DNA of 64,000 nt from assembly GCA_964503955.1 (NCBI GenBank), contig CAZDCG010000002.1, positions 77,047 to 141,046 of the forward strand, written 5' to 3'. The notes under the pieces are model-generated. The model had not been told where the DNA came from. It saw nothing but the letters and a program-made list of their open reading frames with translations, and ran no database searches. Below, piece by piece: positions 29,170 through 39,098 of the stretch (positions within the stretch are counted from its first letter, which is position 1; each line of letters starts with the position of its first letter). The position numbers and the translations under genes were made by a program. Source of the DNA: an uncultured Gammaproteobacteria bacterium (GTDB lineage: Bacteria; Patescibacteriota; Patescibacteriia; VMEV01; CAYQCH01).

Positions 29170-30354
29170 ATGGCTGAACAATTTGACCGCTCAAAGCCGC
29201 ACGTCAACATTGGTACCATCGGTCACGTTGACCACGGTAAGACCACTCTTACCGCCGCTATCACCACCGTCCTTGCAGAAAAAGGATGGGCGAAGAAGCG
29301 CGCGTACGAAGATATTGACAATGCTCCGGAAGAACGTGAACGTGGTATCACGATCGCGACCTCTCACCAGGAATACGAAACAGAAAACCGCCACTATGCG
29401 CATGTTGACTGTCCTGGACACGCGGACTACGTGAAAAACATGATCACCGGTGCCGCTCAGATGGATGGAGCGATCCTTGTTGTATCAGCTACAGACGGTG
29501 TGATGCCTCAGACTTCTGAACACATCCTTCTTGCCAAGCAGGTAGGCGTACCGGCAATCGTTGTCTTCATCAACAAGGTTGATATGGTTGATGATGCAGA
29601 CTACGTTGACCTCGTAGAAGAAGAAGTTCGTGAATTGCTCAAGAAATATGAATTCCCTGGCGATGAAACTCCTATCATCCGCGGTTCTGCGCTCAAGGCG
29701 CTTGAAAACCCAACGGGAGACGAAGCGAAATGCATTTTCGATCTCATGAAGGCTGTTGACGAATACATCCCAGAGCCGGTTCGTGACACCGAAAAGCCAT
29801 TCTTGATGCCTGTTGAAGATGTCTTCTCAATTGAAGGACGCGGAACGGTTGTGACCGGACGTATCGAACGCGGTATCGTGAAATTGAACGAAGAAATCGA
29901 AATCATCGGTCTTCGCGACACGCAGAAAACCGTTGTTACCGGTATCGAAATGTTCAACAAGAACCTTGACGAAGGACGAGCTGGTGACAATGCCGGTATT
30001 CTCTTGCGTGGTTTGAAGAAAGACGACGTAGAACGCGGACAGGTTCTTGCTAAACCGGGATCTGTAACTCCTCACACTGAATTTGAAGGAGAAATCTACG
30101 CGCTTACCAAAGAAGAAGGCGGACGTCACAAACCATTCTTCAATGGATATAAGCCTCAGTTCTATCTCCGAACGACTGACGTAACAGGTGAAGTAACGCT
30201 CAACCCTGGAACGGAAATGGTTATGCCTGGAGATACTGTTACCGTGAAGGTCAAGTTGATCGTGCCGGTTGCTCTTGAAGAACAGCAGCGCTTCGCTATC
30301 CGCGAAGGCGGCCGAACCGTTGGAGCAGGTGTTATCACCAAAATCATCAACTAA
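29170..30354 (+). CDS. tuf: Elongation factor Tu
   Basis: Motifs [21 protein letters not shown] and [13 protein letters not shown]. Confidence 0.99.
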   Translation: MAEQFDRSKPHVNIGTIGHVDHGKTTLTAAITTVLAEKGWAKKRAYEDIDNAPEERERGITIATSHQEYETENRHYAHVDCPGHADYVKNMITGAAQMDGAILVVSATDGVMPQTSEHILLAKQVGVPAIVVFINKVDMVDDADYVDLVEEEVRELLKKYEFPGDETPIIRGSALKALENPTGDEAKCIFDLMKAVDEYIPEPVRDTEKPFLMPVEDVFSIEGRGTVVTGRIERGIVKLNEEIEIIGLRDTQKTVVTGIEMFNKNLDEGRAGDNAGILLRGLKKDDVERGQVLAKPGSVTPHTEFEGEIYALTKEEGGRHKPFFNGYKPQFYLRTTDVTGEVTLNPGTEMVMPGDTVTVKVKLIVPVALEEQQRFAIREGGRTVGAGVITKIIN

Positions 30355-30409
30355 GTTAACAAGAGGGGGGAGTCCTCGAGTCTGAGGGCTTCCCCTTTCG
30401 TTGATTCAC

Positions 30410-30748
30410 ATGCCAAGCAAAAAGAACGCACAATCAGAAGAAACAAAGGCGCGCATCCGCATTAAGATTTTGGCGTATGATCACAAGATCATCGACCAGT
30501 CTACCCGAACGATTATCGATACGGCTGTACGTTCAGGCGCTCAGATCATCGGTCCGGTGCCATTGCCTACGGAAAAGAAGAAATTCACGACAAACCGTTC
30601 GACGTTTGTGCACAAGGATTCGCGCGATCAATACGAAATGCGTATCCACAAACGCTTGGTTGATATCGTAGAACCAACTCCTAAAACCGTTGACTCTCTG
30701 ATGAGCCTCAACTTGCCTGCGGGAGTTGACGTGGAAATCAAGATGTGA
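30410..30748 (+). CDS. rpsJ: 30S ribosomal protein S10
   Basis: Motifs IRIK..AYDH, GPVPLPT and [16 protein letters not shown]. Confidence 0.97.
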   Translation: MPSKKNAQSEETKARIRIKILAYDHKIIDQSTRTIIDTAVRSGAQIIGPVPLPTEKKKFTTNRSTFVHKDSRDQYEMRIHKRLVDIVEPTPKTVDSLMSLNLPAGVDVEIKM

Positions 30749-30753
30749 GCGGG

Positions 30754-30816
30754 TGGAGTAGAGTGTAGAACCTGGGTTGCAAGATCATTGCGGCCTGACC
30801 GCTACTCTCTACTCCA
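30754..30816. repeat. Periodic inverted arms, GTAGAG type (related to 38089-38160)
   Basis: TGGAGTAGAGTGTAG ... CTACTCTCTACTCCA (14/15 complementary), just after the rpsJ stop. Confidence 0.7.
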
Positions 30817-30822
30817 AGCAGG

Positions 30823-31044
30823 TTGATAAAAAGAAACCATTCTGCTATCCTCATAGTGTCCAAAATCAAGAAAGATCCTGGTCGACGCATTCGACGGAAA
30901 ACCTTGATAGGGGACGAACTAAGAGAACAGGTAACTACTTATAGAAGGACTTCAAACAACAACTTTTCATCCGTGATTCAAAGTGGCGGAGAAAAGGTCA
31001 GAAATTTAGCCCCGATCCATTCTGTGCTAAATTTCTGGCTTTTT
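30823..31044 (+). promoter_or_regulatory. Internal promoter plus structured leader/attenuator before rplC
   Basis: TTGATA-17-TATCCT, hairpins at 30858-30915 and 30963-30996, and a terminator-like stem at 30992-31044. Confidence 0.55.
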
Positions 31045-31079
31045 GCTTACCTATTATCAGACTGTGAAACCTCACCGAT

Positions 31080-31859
31080 ATGAAATTCATCATCGGATAC
31101 AAACAACAGATGACCCAGAAATACCGTCAGGACGGCACGCTTGTACCGGTGACCGTTGTTAAGGCTGAACCGGCTGTCGTGACGCAGGTAAAGACAAACG
31201 ATAAAGACGGTTACACGGCTGTTCAGCTCGGATTCGGTTCAAGAAAGAAACACGGGAAAGCGCTAGCCGGTCACGTGAAAAAGATTCTTGAAACAGGCCG
31301 CAAGCCGTTTCATGGATTCCGTGAGGTACGTGTTGAAGACGCTTCTGCATTTTCCGTTGGCGACACGGTTACGGTAAAAACATTCGGCGAAGGAGATAAA
31401 ATCGCTGTGACGGGTACGTCAAAAGGACGAGGGTTCCAGGGTGTTGTAAAGCGTCATGGATTCGGCGGTTCTCCGGCATCGCACGGACATAAAGACCAGT
31501 TGAGAATGCCTGGTTCCATCGGAGCAGGTGAACCTCAGCATGTCTTTAAAGGAACGCGCATGGGCGGCCGAATGGGAAATGATCAGATTACGGTCAAGAA
31601 TCTTGAAGTGGTCGCAATTGATGAAGCGCAGAATCTGCTTTACATCAAAGGAGCCCTTCCTGGGGCGCGCAACAGTGTTGTTCTGATCCAGGGCGAAGGC
31701 GATGTGGTTCTTGGCGGATCGATTTTTGAAGCAAGCCAGGAATCAACCCAAGCTGCAGAAGAAGCCGCGGAACCGGTTGCTCAGCAGTCTGAATCTGCGG
31801 AAACTCAGCAGGAAGAGCAGAAAGCTCCAGCAGAAGAAAACAACGTAGAACAAGCATAA
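31080..31859 (+). CDS. rplC: 50S ribosomal protein L3 (acidic C-terminal extension)
   Basis: Motifs DGY.AVQLG, SKGRGFQGVVKRHGF, SHG and R.PGSIG. Confidence 0.97.
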   Translation: MKFIIGYKQQMTQKYRQDGTLVPVTVVKAEPAVVTQVKTNDKDGYTAVQLGFGSRKKHGKALAGHVKKILETGRKPFHGFREVRVEDASAFSVGDTVTVKTFGEGDKIAVTGTSKGRGFQGVVKRHGFGGSPASHGHKDQLRMPGSIGAGEPQHVFKGTRMGGRMGNDQITVKNLEVVAIDEAQNLLYIKGALPGARNSVVLIQGEGDVVLGGSIFEASQESTQAAEEAAEPVAQQSESAETQQEEQKAPAEENNVEQA

Positions 31860-31860
31860 T

Positions 31861-32496
31861 ATGGACAAGTTCAAAGTTTACAATCTCGCAGGTGAAGTTG
31901 TCGGAGAGCAAGCGCTCGACCCGAAATTGTTCGGAGTGGAAGTAAATCCAAGACTTGTTCAGCAAGTTGTTGTCGCTCAGGCGGCTAATGCCCGACGCCC
32001 ATGGGCCCACACCAAACTTCGTTCAGAAGTGCGCGGTGGCGGACGAAAACCATGGAGACAGAAGGGAACAGGACGCGCTCGCCACGGTTCATCACGATCA
32101 CCGATCTGGCGTGGTGGAGGCGTGACATTTGGCCCTCGCAGCGACCGCAACTATCAAATCGCGGTGAATAAGAAAGCGAAAAAGTCAGCTCTTCGCATGG
32201 TGCTTTCAGATCGCGCGAAGAACGGTCAGCTCATTCTTGTCGACTCATTGCAATTGCCGGAAATCAAGACAAAGCAGGTTGTTCAGGCTCTGGAGCGCCT
32301 TCCTCTGAAAGGACGAAAAACAATCTTTGTTTTGGATAAGAATTCCGACAATATGGCGATCTCAAGCCGCAATATTCCTGAAGTGGGCACCCTGGGCGCA
32401 GACAGCTTGAATATCCGCGATCTCTTGCATACGCAGAATGTTGTGATCCCGGTGAGCGCGCTTGAGACCATCAACAAACTTTACGGAGCGAACTAA
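31861..32496 (+). CDS. rplD: 50S ribosomal protein L4
   Basis: Motif TK.RSEVRGGGRKPWRQKGTGRARHGS.RSP. Confidence 0.97.
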   Translation: MDKFKVYNLAGEVVGEQALDPKLFGVEVNPRLVQQVVVAQAANARRPWAHTKLRSEVRGGGRKPWRQKGTGRARHGSSRSPIWRGGGVTFGPRSDRNYQIAVNKKAKKSALRMVLSDRAKNGQLILVDSLQLPEIKTKQVVQALERLPLKGRKTIFVLDKNSDNMAISSRNIPEVGTLGADSLNIRDLLHTQNVVIPVSALETINKLYGAN

Positions 32497-32497
32497 T

Positions 32498-32950
32498 ATG
32501 GGAATCTTCGACAAACTCAAAAAGACGCGTGAAGAAAAAGCCGCTCAGAAAGAACAGGCAAAGGTTGAAGATGCCGCAAAGCAGAAGAGCGAATCTAAGA
32601 AGAAAACGTCAGACAAGCCGAAGAAAGAAGAAGCGGCAAAACCTGCGCAGATTGATTCTGTTCCATCACGAATTGCACATGCGGTTTTGATCGCTCCCGT
32701 TATGACAGAAAAGTCTTTGCGATTGCAGCAGGAGAATAAGTATGTCTTTCGTGTTTCAGCCCAGGCAAACAAAATTTCTGTAAAGCAGGCTGTAAAGGAA
32801 GTCTATGGAATCCCGCCAAAGAGTGTACGCATTATCAAAGAAAAGCCGCAGGCAGTAAACCGATGGGGCCGCATGATTGGTATGACAAAAGCCGGTAAGA
32901 AGGCGGTCGTCACCATGCCTGAAGGTGCTGTCATCAAACTGACTCAATAA
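32498..32950 (+). CDS. rplW: 50S ribosomal protein L23 (long charged N-terminal extension)
   Basis: Motifs P.MTEKS, Y.F.V...ANK..VK.AV and KKAVVT. Synteny between rplD and rplB. Confidence 0.92.
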   Translation: MGIFDKLKKTREEKAAQKEQAKVEDAAKQKSESKKKTSDKPKKEEAAKPAQIDSVPSRIAHAVLIAPVMTEKSLRLQQENKYVFRVSAQANKISVKQAVKEVYGIPPKSVRIIKEKPQAVNRWGRMIGMTKAGKKAVVTMPEGAVIKLTQ

Positions 32951-32952
32951 GT

Positions 32953-33801
32953 ATGCCGATTAAAGTCTACAAACCTGTTACCGCCGGACGACGAAAATCA
33001 AGCGTGAATACGTTTGGTGAGCTTACGGCTGCAAAACCGATTAAGCGTTTGACGGTTTCTAAGAAGCGCGGATCAGGCCGTAACAATACAGGCAAGATCA
33101 CGGTGCGCCACCGTGGAGGAGGAGCAAAACGCCGCTACCGTCTTGTAGACTTTCGACGTGAAGATTTCGGAATCCCGGCAAAGGTAACGAGCGTAGAGTA
33201 CGATCCAAACCGATCCTGCTGGATTGCCGGTATCACATACGTCAACGGAAAGAAAGCATATATTATCGCGCCTCAAGGAATCGAAGTTGGGCAGGAAGTG
33301 ATCTCATCAAAAGAGCGTGTTGATGTGAAGCCGGGAAACCGCATGCCTCTTGAAAAAATGCCGATTGGAACAACCGTCTACAATGTTGAGCTTACTCCCG
33401 GACAAGGCGGTTTGCTTATCCGCTCAGCGGGAGCAAGCGCTCAGCTGATGGCGGTTGAAGGCAAGCATGCCACCTTGAAACTTCCTTCTAAAGAAGTCCG
33501 CAAGGTGCCCAAGCAGTGCATGGCCACGGTTGGATCTGTTAGCAATCCTGACCATCGTCTCGTACGATGGGGGAAAGCAGGCCGCATGCGCCATCGTGGA
33601 AAACGCCCATCCGTGCGTGGTAAAGCGATGAATCCGGTAGATCACCCTCATGGTGGTGGTGAAGGTGGAAACCCAATCGGTTTGAAGCACCCGAAGACTC
33701 CATGGGGCAAAGCCGCTCTTGGTGTGAAATCCCGCCGTCCGAAGAAAGCTTCTACTCGATTGATTGTTTCCCGCCGTCCAAAGAATAAGAAACGCCGTTA
33801 A
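32953..33801 (+). CDS. rplB: 50S ribosomal protein L2
   Basis: Motifs GRNN.GKITVRHRGGG, EYDPNRS and RG.AMNPVDHPHGGGEG. Confidence 0.98.
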   Translation: MPIKVYKPVTAGRRKSSVNTFGELTAAKPIKRLTVSKKRGSGRNNTGKITVRHRGGGAKRRYRLVDFRREDFGIPAKVTSVEYDPNRSCWIAGITYVNGKKAYIIAPQGIEVGQEVISSKERVDVKPGNRMPLEKMPIGTTVYNVELTPGQGGLLIRSAGASAQLMAVEGKHATLKLPSKEVRKVPKQCMATVGSVSNPDHRLVRWGKAGRMRHRGKRPSVRGKAMNPVDHPHGGGEGGNPIGLKHPKTPWGKAALGVKSRRPKKASTRLIVSRRPKNKKRR

Positions 33802-33811
33802 TCCATAGCTT

Positions 33812-34096
33812 ATGTCACGAAGTCTTAAAAAAGGACCATATACAGACCCGAAGCTTCTTGAGAAAGTAGCCAAGCTTAAACAGGGAGACGCTACCATCAT
33901 CAAGACCTGGTCTCGACGAAGCACCATCACTCCGGAAATGGTCGGATTTCGATTTGCTGTGCACAACGGACGAGAACATATCACCGTGGCAGTTGTGGAA
34001 GACATGGTTGGACATAAATTCGGTGAATTTGTACCTACTCGCAAATTCCTGGGGCATGGCGGAAAAATTGCCAAGGCTCAGGCGACTACTAAATAG
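33812..34096 (+). CDS. rpsS: 30S ribosomal protein S19
   Basis: Motifs [19 protein letters not shown] and MVGHK.GEF.PTR. Confidence 0.98.
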   Translation: MSRSLKKGPYTDPKLLEKVAKLKQGDATIIKTWSRRSTITPEMVGFRFAVHNGREHITVAVVEDMVGHKFGEFVPTRKFLGHGGKIAKAQATTK

Positions 34097-34101
34097 CAGA
34101 T

Positions 34102-34641
34102 ATGAAAGAAGTAAAGGCAATTCTACGAAATCTCCAGATCTCTCCGCGCAAGGTTCAGCTTGTTGCGCAGTTGATCCGTGGAAACACGGTCGCCCAGGCC
34201 CGACACCAGCTTACGCATAATCCAAAGAACGCGGCCAAGCCGATGTTGAAATTGCTGAACTCAGCTGTTGCCAATGCGGAACACAATAATAATTTGAATA
34301 CGGAAACATTGCGCGTAAAGAATGTCATGGTTGGCCAGGGGCCTGTGCTTAAGCGGTTTACTCCTCGAGCATTCGGCCGCGCGACAACAATCCGCAAGCG
34401 CATGTCTCACATCAAGATCGTTCTGGAAGGCGAAGAGCTTGCGTCCGCTCTAAAGACCAAGAAGAAAGCTGCACCAAAGACTCGCAAGCCAAAGAATGCC
34501 AGCGATATTGAAAAACAGCCTCCGGCAAAAAAGGGCGGTCGACCATCATCCGGCAAGAAGCCCGAATCCGTTGACCCTCGAAGCAAGGGACATGAGCGCC
34601 CTATGCGCCGCCAGGAGCAGCACAATAAGAAGGCCATCTAA
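34102..34641 (+). CDS. rplV: 50S ribosomal protein L22 (long basic C-terminal extension)
   Basis: Motifs ISPRKV.LVA..IRG, SAVANA.HN and KRF.PRA.GRA..I.KR.SHI. Confidence 0.95.
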   Translation: MKEVKAILRNLQISPRKVQLVAQLIRGNTVAQARHQLTHNPKNAAKPMLKLLNSAVANAEHNNNLNTETLRVKNVMVGQGPVLKRFTPRAFGRATTIRKRMSHIKIVLEGEELASALKTKKKAAPKTRKPKNASDIEKQPPAKKGGRPSSGKKPESVDPRSKGHERPMRRQEQHNKKAI

Positions 34642-34651
34642 TTAAACAGGT

Positions 34652-35314
34652 ATGGGACAAAAAGTTAATCCAATTGGGTTTCGCCTCGGCGTCATTCGCG
34701 ACTGGAAGTCGAAGTGGTTTGCCAATGAGCGCAATTATGCCGCCTTGCTTGAACAAGACGTCAAAGTTCGCCGTCACCTGAAAAAGGAATTGCGCGAGGC
34801 ATTGGTAGATCGCATCGAAATCGAGCGATCACGCAATACCATGACCGTGACGATTTTTGCGGCAAAGCCGGGTGTAATCATCGGCCGCGCTGGTGCTGGT
34901 ATTGAAAAGCTGAAAAAGGATGTCTCCCGCAACTATCTGCCGCCAAAAACCAATTTGCAGATCAATGTCCAGGAAGTTCGCCAGCCGAATCTGCACGCAG
35001 CCGTGATCGTTGAACAGATCGCGCATGATTTGGAACGCCGTGTCGCATTCCGCCGCGCAATGAAACAGGCTGCTGGCAAGATTGAACGCGAAGGCGCGCT
35101 CGGATATAAAATCCAGGTGAAAGGCCGCCTGAACGGCGCGGAAATCGCCCGTGATGAACATCTCTCATTTGGATTGATTCCTTTGCATACTCTTCGTGCT
35201 GATATCGACTACGCTCGCGGTGTCGCTCAGACAACCTATGGCGTGATCGGGATTAAAGTCTGGATCTATAAAGGACAGGTCTTTGAAGAAGCCAAAGAGA
35301 ACAAGAAGGCATAA
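34652..35314 (+). CDS. rpsC: 30S ribosomal protein S3
   Basis: Motifs [23 protein letters not shown] and [11 protein letters not shown]. Confidence 0.98.
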   Translation: MGQKVNPIGFRLGVIRDWKSKWFANERNYAALLEQDVKVRRHLKKELREALVDRIEIERSRNTMTVTIFAAKPGVIIGRAGAGIEKLKKDVSRNYLPPKTNLQINVQEVRQPNLHAAVIVEQIAHDLERRVAFRRAMKQAAGKIEREGALGYKIQVKGRLNGAEIARDEHLSFGLIPLHTLRADIDYARGVAQTTYGVIGIKVWIYKGQVFEEAKENKKA

Positions 35315-35325
35315 ACCTGAATACT

Positions 35326-35742
35326 ATGTTGATTCCAAAGAAAACCAAGCACCGAAAAATGCATAAAGGAAAAGCGCGCTTTAAGCGTCAGGCTACGCGT
35401 GGTTTTCAGGTTAGCTTCGGAAGCTACGGGTTGCAGTCAATCGACAATAAGTGGATTTCTTCCCGCCAGATTGAAGCTGCCCGACGCGCCATGACCCGCT
35501 ATATCCAGCGCGGCGGAAAGATCTGGATCCGCATTTTCCCTCACCGTCCAATCACTGCCAAGGGGTCTGAAATCCCGATGGGTAAAGGAAAAGGTGCTGT
35601 AGACCATTACGTGCAGGAAGTGAAGCCTGGAACGATGTTGTTTGAAATCGACGGTGTTACGGAACAGCAGGCACGTGAAGCGATGCGCCTGGCATCTCAT
35701 AAGCTGCCGGTCCGCACCAAATTTGTGAAGCGTGAATACTAA
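35326..35742 (+). CDS. rplP: 50S ribosomal protein L16
   Basis: Motifs [26 protein letters not shown] and KLP. Confidence 0.98.
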   Translation: MLIPKKTKHRKMHKGKARFKRQATRGFQVSFGSYGLQSIDNKWISSRQIEAARRAMTRYIQRGGKIWIRIFPHRPITAKGSEIPMGKGKGAVDHYVQEVKPGTMLFEIDGVTEQQAREAMRLASHKLPVRTKFVKREY

Positions 35743-35746
35743 ATAT

Positions 35747-35971
35747 ATGAACTATACAGCTGCACAAATCAAAGAACTCTCTGAAAAGGAATTGCATGAA
35801 CTGCTTTCTAAACTTCGCGGTGAACAACGCCAAATGCGTTTTCTGATCCGCCAGGGGGAATGGCGTGAAATGCACAAGATCCACCAAACGAAAAAGGCGA
35901 TCGCCAGAGTGCTGACTGTCTTGGCTGCGAAAAACGGAGAACTATTGACAGACAGCAAAAAACAAGGTTAA
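35747..35971 (+). CDS. rpmC: 50S ribosomal protein L29
   Basis: Motif ELS..EL...L..LR....RF...KK.IAR.LT. Synteny. Confidence 0.88.
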   Translation: MNYTAAQIKELSEKELHELLSKLRGEQRQMRFLIRQGEWREMHKIHQTKKAIARVLTVLAAKNGELLTDSKKQG

Positions 35972-35986
35972 CTTTGACGAACTTCT

Positions 35987-36232
35987 ATGCAGAACGATCA
36001 GACACAACCGAAGAAACGCAAACTACGAGGCACCGTTGTCAGCACGAAAATGGACAAAACGGTTGTTGTCCGCGTGGATCAGGTACGAACGCATCCTGTT
36101 TATCAGAAGAAATACACCGTTTCACGGCGCTTCAAAGTTCATGATGAAACCAACCAGTCAAAAGTCGGAGATGTTGTAGACTTTGTTGAATGCCGACCTC
36201 TTTCTAAGCAAAAACGCTGGAGACTGGCATAA
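35987..36232 (+). CDS. rpsQ: 30S ribosomal protein S17
   Basis: Motifs G.VVS.KMDKTVVV, HP.Y.K, HDE.N and ECRPLSK.KRW. Confidence 0.97.
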   Translation: MQNDQTQPKKRKLRGTVVSTKMDKTVVVRVDQVRTHPVYQKKYTVSRRFKVHDETNQSKVGDVVDFVECRPLSKQKRWRLA

Positions 36233-36246
36233 CTTGTTGACCGCAT

Positions 36247-36618
36247 ATGATCCAAGAGGAATCAAAATTGAAAGTTGCAGACAATACAGGAGCAAAGATG
36301 ATCAAAGTCATCCGTGTTCGCGGCGGCTACCAGAGACGCTATGCGCGTATTGGTGATATTGTCACGGCTGCGGTAAAGGAAGCAACGCCAAACGGCATCG
36401 TGAAAAAGAGCGATGTTGTCCAGGCGGTGATTGTCCGCATGAAAAAAGAACAACGCCGCAAAGATGGAACCTATATCCGATTCGATGAGAACGCGGCGGT
36501 GATTATTGATCCGAAATCACGAGAACCAAAAGGAACCCGTGTCTTCGGTCCGATTGCTCGAGAACTCCGCGCGAAGGGATTTCAAAAGATTATTTCCTTA
36601 GCACCTGAAGTACTGTAA
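36247..36618 (+). CDS. rplN: 50S ribosomal protein L14
   Basis: Motifs [27 protein letters not shown] and SLAPEVL. Confidence 0.98.
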   Translation: MIQEESKLKVADNTGAKMIKVIRVRGGYQRRYARIGDIVTAAVKEATPNGIVKKSDVVQAVIVRMKKEQRRKDGTYIRFDENAAVIIDPKSREPKGTRVFGPIARELRAKGFQKIISLAPEVL

Positions 36619-36622
36619 GCAT

Positions 36623-36901
36623 ATGATTAAAACAGGACAAACAGTAAAAGTACTCACCGGAAAAGACAAAGGCAAAACAGGCCAGGTGATTCAGGTATTC
36701 CCTCAGCTTGAAAAAGTTGTTGTTGAAGGAGTAAATAAGGCATACAAACACATTAAACGCCAGTTGCGCTCAGGGGCTGAAAAGGGCCAGCGCGTTGAAT
36801 TCTTTGCGCCGATTCATGTTTCAAATGTTGTGGTGGTTGAAGAGAAGGCAAAGAAAGAAAAGAAGGATTCTAAAGAAACCGCTACTAAGAAGAAAGCCTA
36901 G
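36623..36901 (+). CDS. rplX: 50S ribosomal protein L24
   Basis: Motifs V.V.TGKDKGK.G, VVEGVN and APIHVSNV. Confidence 0.95.
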   Translation: MIKTGQTVKVLTGKDKGKTGQVIQVFPQLEKVVVEGVNKAYKHIKRQLRSGAEKGQRVEFFAPIHVSNVVVVEEKAKKEKKDSKETATKKKA

Positions 36902-36904
36902 CTT

Positions 36905-37474
36905 ATGACAGGTAACATGCTAAAACACTATCGAGAAGTTGTTGCTCCGGCCATGCAGGAGAAGTTTCAGTATGCCAATAAAATGCAGGTTCCGGCGATT
37001 AAGAAAGTAACCATCAATGTCGGAGCAGGAACGCGAAGCAACTACAATCTTGATGCAGTAGCTGAAAACTTGCGAAAGATCAGCGGCCAGAATCCAGTCA
37101 AAACCTTGGCGAAAAAATCGATCTCGAACTTCAAAATCCGTGATGACCAGCCAATCGGTTTGCGCGTGACCATGCGGGGACCTCGCATGTACCACTTTCT
37201 TGATAAGCTGGTTCATGTCACGCTTCCTCGCGTGCATGACTTCCGCGGTTTGTCTTCTAAAGCATTCGATCGACAGGGGAATTATTCCATCGGGATGAAA
37301 GATCAGCTTGCGTTTCCTGAAATCAGCGCTGAGAGCATTGAACAGTTGCACGGTTTGCAGATTGTGGTAACAACTTCCGCCAAAAGCAAGGAAGAAGGGT
37401 ACGAGCTGCTGCGGCTGCTCGGATTCCCCCTACAGGAGCTCGAGGTGAAGAAAAAGAAGAAAAAAGTAAGTTAA
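36905..37474 (+). CDS. rplE: 50S ribosomal protein L5
   Basis: Motifs GQ.P..T.AKKSI.NFKIR, LPRV.DFRG and FD..GNY..G. Confidence 0.97.
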   Translation: MTGNMLKHYREVVAPAMQEKFQYANKMQVPAIKKVTINVGAGTRSNYNLDAVAENLRKISGQNPVKTLAKKSISNFKIRDDQPIGLRVTMRGPRMYHFLDKLVHVTLPRVHDFRGLSSKAFDRQGNYSIGMKDQLAFPEISAESIEQLHGLQIVVTTSAKSKEEGYELLRLLGFPLQELEVKKKKKKVS

Positions 37475-37480
37475 ATCATT

Positions 37481-37666
37481 ATGGCAACAGAAGCACAAAA
37501 AGCGAAATCACGACGAAAGCCGAAGTACTCTACTCGGATTGTTCGACGCTGCTGGAGATGTGGTCGACAGAGAGCGTATATGCGTCGCTTTAATATGTGC
37601 CGTATCTGTTTTCGCGAATTGGCAAGCCAGGGGCAGATCCCAGGTGTTCGCAAAAGCAGCTGGTAA
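37481..37666 (+). CDS. rpsN: 30S ribosomal protein S14 type Z (Zn-binding)
   Basis: 61 aa with motif RC.RCGR...[17 protein letters not shown]. Confidence 0.95.
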   Translation: MATEAQKAKSRRKPKYSTRIVRRCWRCGRQRAYMRRFNMCRICFRELASQGQIPGVRKSSW

Positions 37667-37677
37667 ACTAATAGACT

Positions 37678-38091
37678 ATGGGAATGACGAATGATCCAAT
37701 CAGTGACATGCTCACTCGCATCAGAAACGCATCAGCGGTCCATAAGGGCGAGGTTTTGATGCCGTATTCAAAATTGAAGCATCGCATTGCGGAAATTTTG
37801 AGCAATGAAGGCTATGTCGGAAAGGTATCAAAGGTTGAAGGCAAGGAAACCGGGCTTCCATACGCTTCTTTGCGCATTGGGTTGCGTTACGATGAACTGA
37901 ACAACCCGTTGATCCGCGATATCAAACGCGTAAGCAAACCTGGTCTTCGTATCTACAAGAGTTCTGACGCTCTCCCTGTTGTTCTGAACAATCTCGGCAT
38001 TGCGATCGTTTCCACATCCCAGGGTGTGATGACGAACCGCGACGCGCGAAAGAAAGGCGTTGGAGGAGAAATTATCTGTGAGGTCTATTAG
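37678..38091 (+). CDS. rpsH: 30S ribosomal protein S8
   Basis: Motifs DPISDMLTRIRNA, RVSKPGLRIY, STS.GVM and GGEI. Confidence 0.98.
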   Translation: MGMTNDPISDMLTRIRNASAVHKGEVLMPYSKLKHRIAEILSNEGYVGKVSKVEGKETGLPYASLRIGLRYDELNNPLIRDIKRVSKPGLRIYKSSDALPVVLNNLGIAIVSTSQGVMTNRDARKKGVGGEIICEVY

Positions 38092-38160
38092 TAGGGGCGT
38101 AGAGCGTAGAGTGTAGCCGCTGGAACGCTTCCTGAACTACACCCTACTCTCTACACTCCA
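38089..38160. repeat. Periodic inverted arms, GTAGAG type, starting at the rpsH stop
   Basis: GTAGGGGCGTAGAGCGTAGAGTGTAG ... CTACACCCTACTCTCTACACTCC, with a 7-nt period. Confidence 0.7.
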
Positions 38161-38171
38161 CATACAGCATT

Positions 38172-38717
38172 ATGTCTAGAATCGGTAAACAAATCATAGA
38201 GATCCCAAACGGTGTTGACATCACCGTTAATGGGGCTGTGGTTAAAGTAAAGAGCTCAAAAGGGGAGTTGACCCATGTCCTGCCGGCAAACGTGCATCTT
38301 CAGATCAATGGAAAAGAAGCGCAGGTGGTGGTTGATAATCCTGATGATTATCGACAAAATGTGCTTTGGGGAACAAATGCCAGCCTGGTCAAGAATATGG
38401 TCGAGGGCGTGAGTACCGGATTTTCAAAGCAGCTGGAAATCAACGGTGTTGGTTTCAAGGTTGCTCAGAGCGGACAGAAACTTACCTTGAATCTGGGGTT
38501 CTCGCATCCGATTGAATTTGTTCTGCCAAAGGGCATTGAAGGATCTGTTGAAAAGAACCTGATTACGATCAAGGGAATTGACAAACAGCTTGTCGGGCAG
38601 GTTGCCGCGCAGATCCGCTCCCTGAAGAAACCGGAGCCGTACAAAGGCAAAGGAATCAAGTACGCAGACGAAGTGATCAGACGCAAGGCCGGCAAGGCTG
38701 CCGCGAGCGGTGAATAA
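38172..38717 (+). CDS. rplF: 50S ribosomal protein L6
   Basis: Motifs MSRIGK, LG.SHP, GIDKQLVGQ.AA and PEPYKGKGI. Confidence 0.98.
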   Translation: MSRIGKQIIEIPNGVDITVNGAVVKVKSSKGELTHVLPANVHLQINGKEAQVVVDNPDDYRQNVLWGTNASLVKNMVEGVSTGFSKQLEINGVGFKVAQSGQKLTLNLGFSHPIEFVLPKGIEGSVEKNLITIKGIDKQLVGQVAAQIRSLKKPEPYKGKGIKYADEVIRRKAGKAAASGE

Positions 38718-38726
38718 TGAACAACT

Positions 38727-39089
38727 ATGAATAGAAAACAGCGAATCAAAATCCAGCATCAGCGCGAACGACGCGTACGCCGAAACCGGGCGAAAATATC
38801 CGGTACAGCTGAACGTCCTCGCTTGGCTGTTCATCGAACGCTTCGTCATTTGTCTGCTCAGTTGATTGATGACGTCGCTGGCAAAACAGTTGCCGCTGCT
38901 CACTCTCGCGAAGTGAAGGCTGAAAAGAAGAAACCTGTGGAAGTTGCGGCAGAATTGGGATCTCTTCTGGCTGAACGAGCGCAGAAAGCCGGCGTGAGCG
39001 CGGTTGTGTTTGATCGTCGCAGCTACCTCTATCATGGTCGTGTAAAGGCGTTTGCGGACGCGGCTCGTGAAAAAGGATTGCAATTTTAA
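38727..39089 (+). CDS. rplR: 50S ribosomal protein L18
   Basis: Motifs [16 protein letters not shown] and VFDR..Y.YHGRVKA.A..ARE.GL.F. Confidence 0.97.
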   Translation: MNRKQRIKIQHQRERRVRRNRAKISGTAERPRLAVHRTLRHLSAQLIDDVAGKTVAAAHSREVKAEKKKPVEVAAELGSLLAERAQKAGVSAVVFDRRSYLYHGRVKAFADAAREKGLQF

Positions 39090-39098
39090 GACAGACCT

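Noticed and set aside
30823-31083. 86-aa ORF between rpsJ and rplC
   Set aside because: Its TTG start coincides with a -35 box, it has no motif, and the region is better explained as a structured leader.
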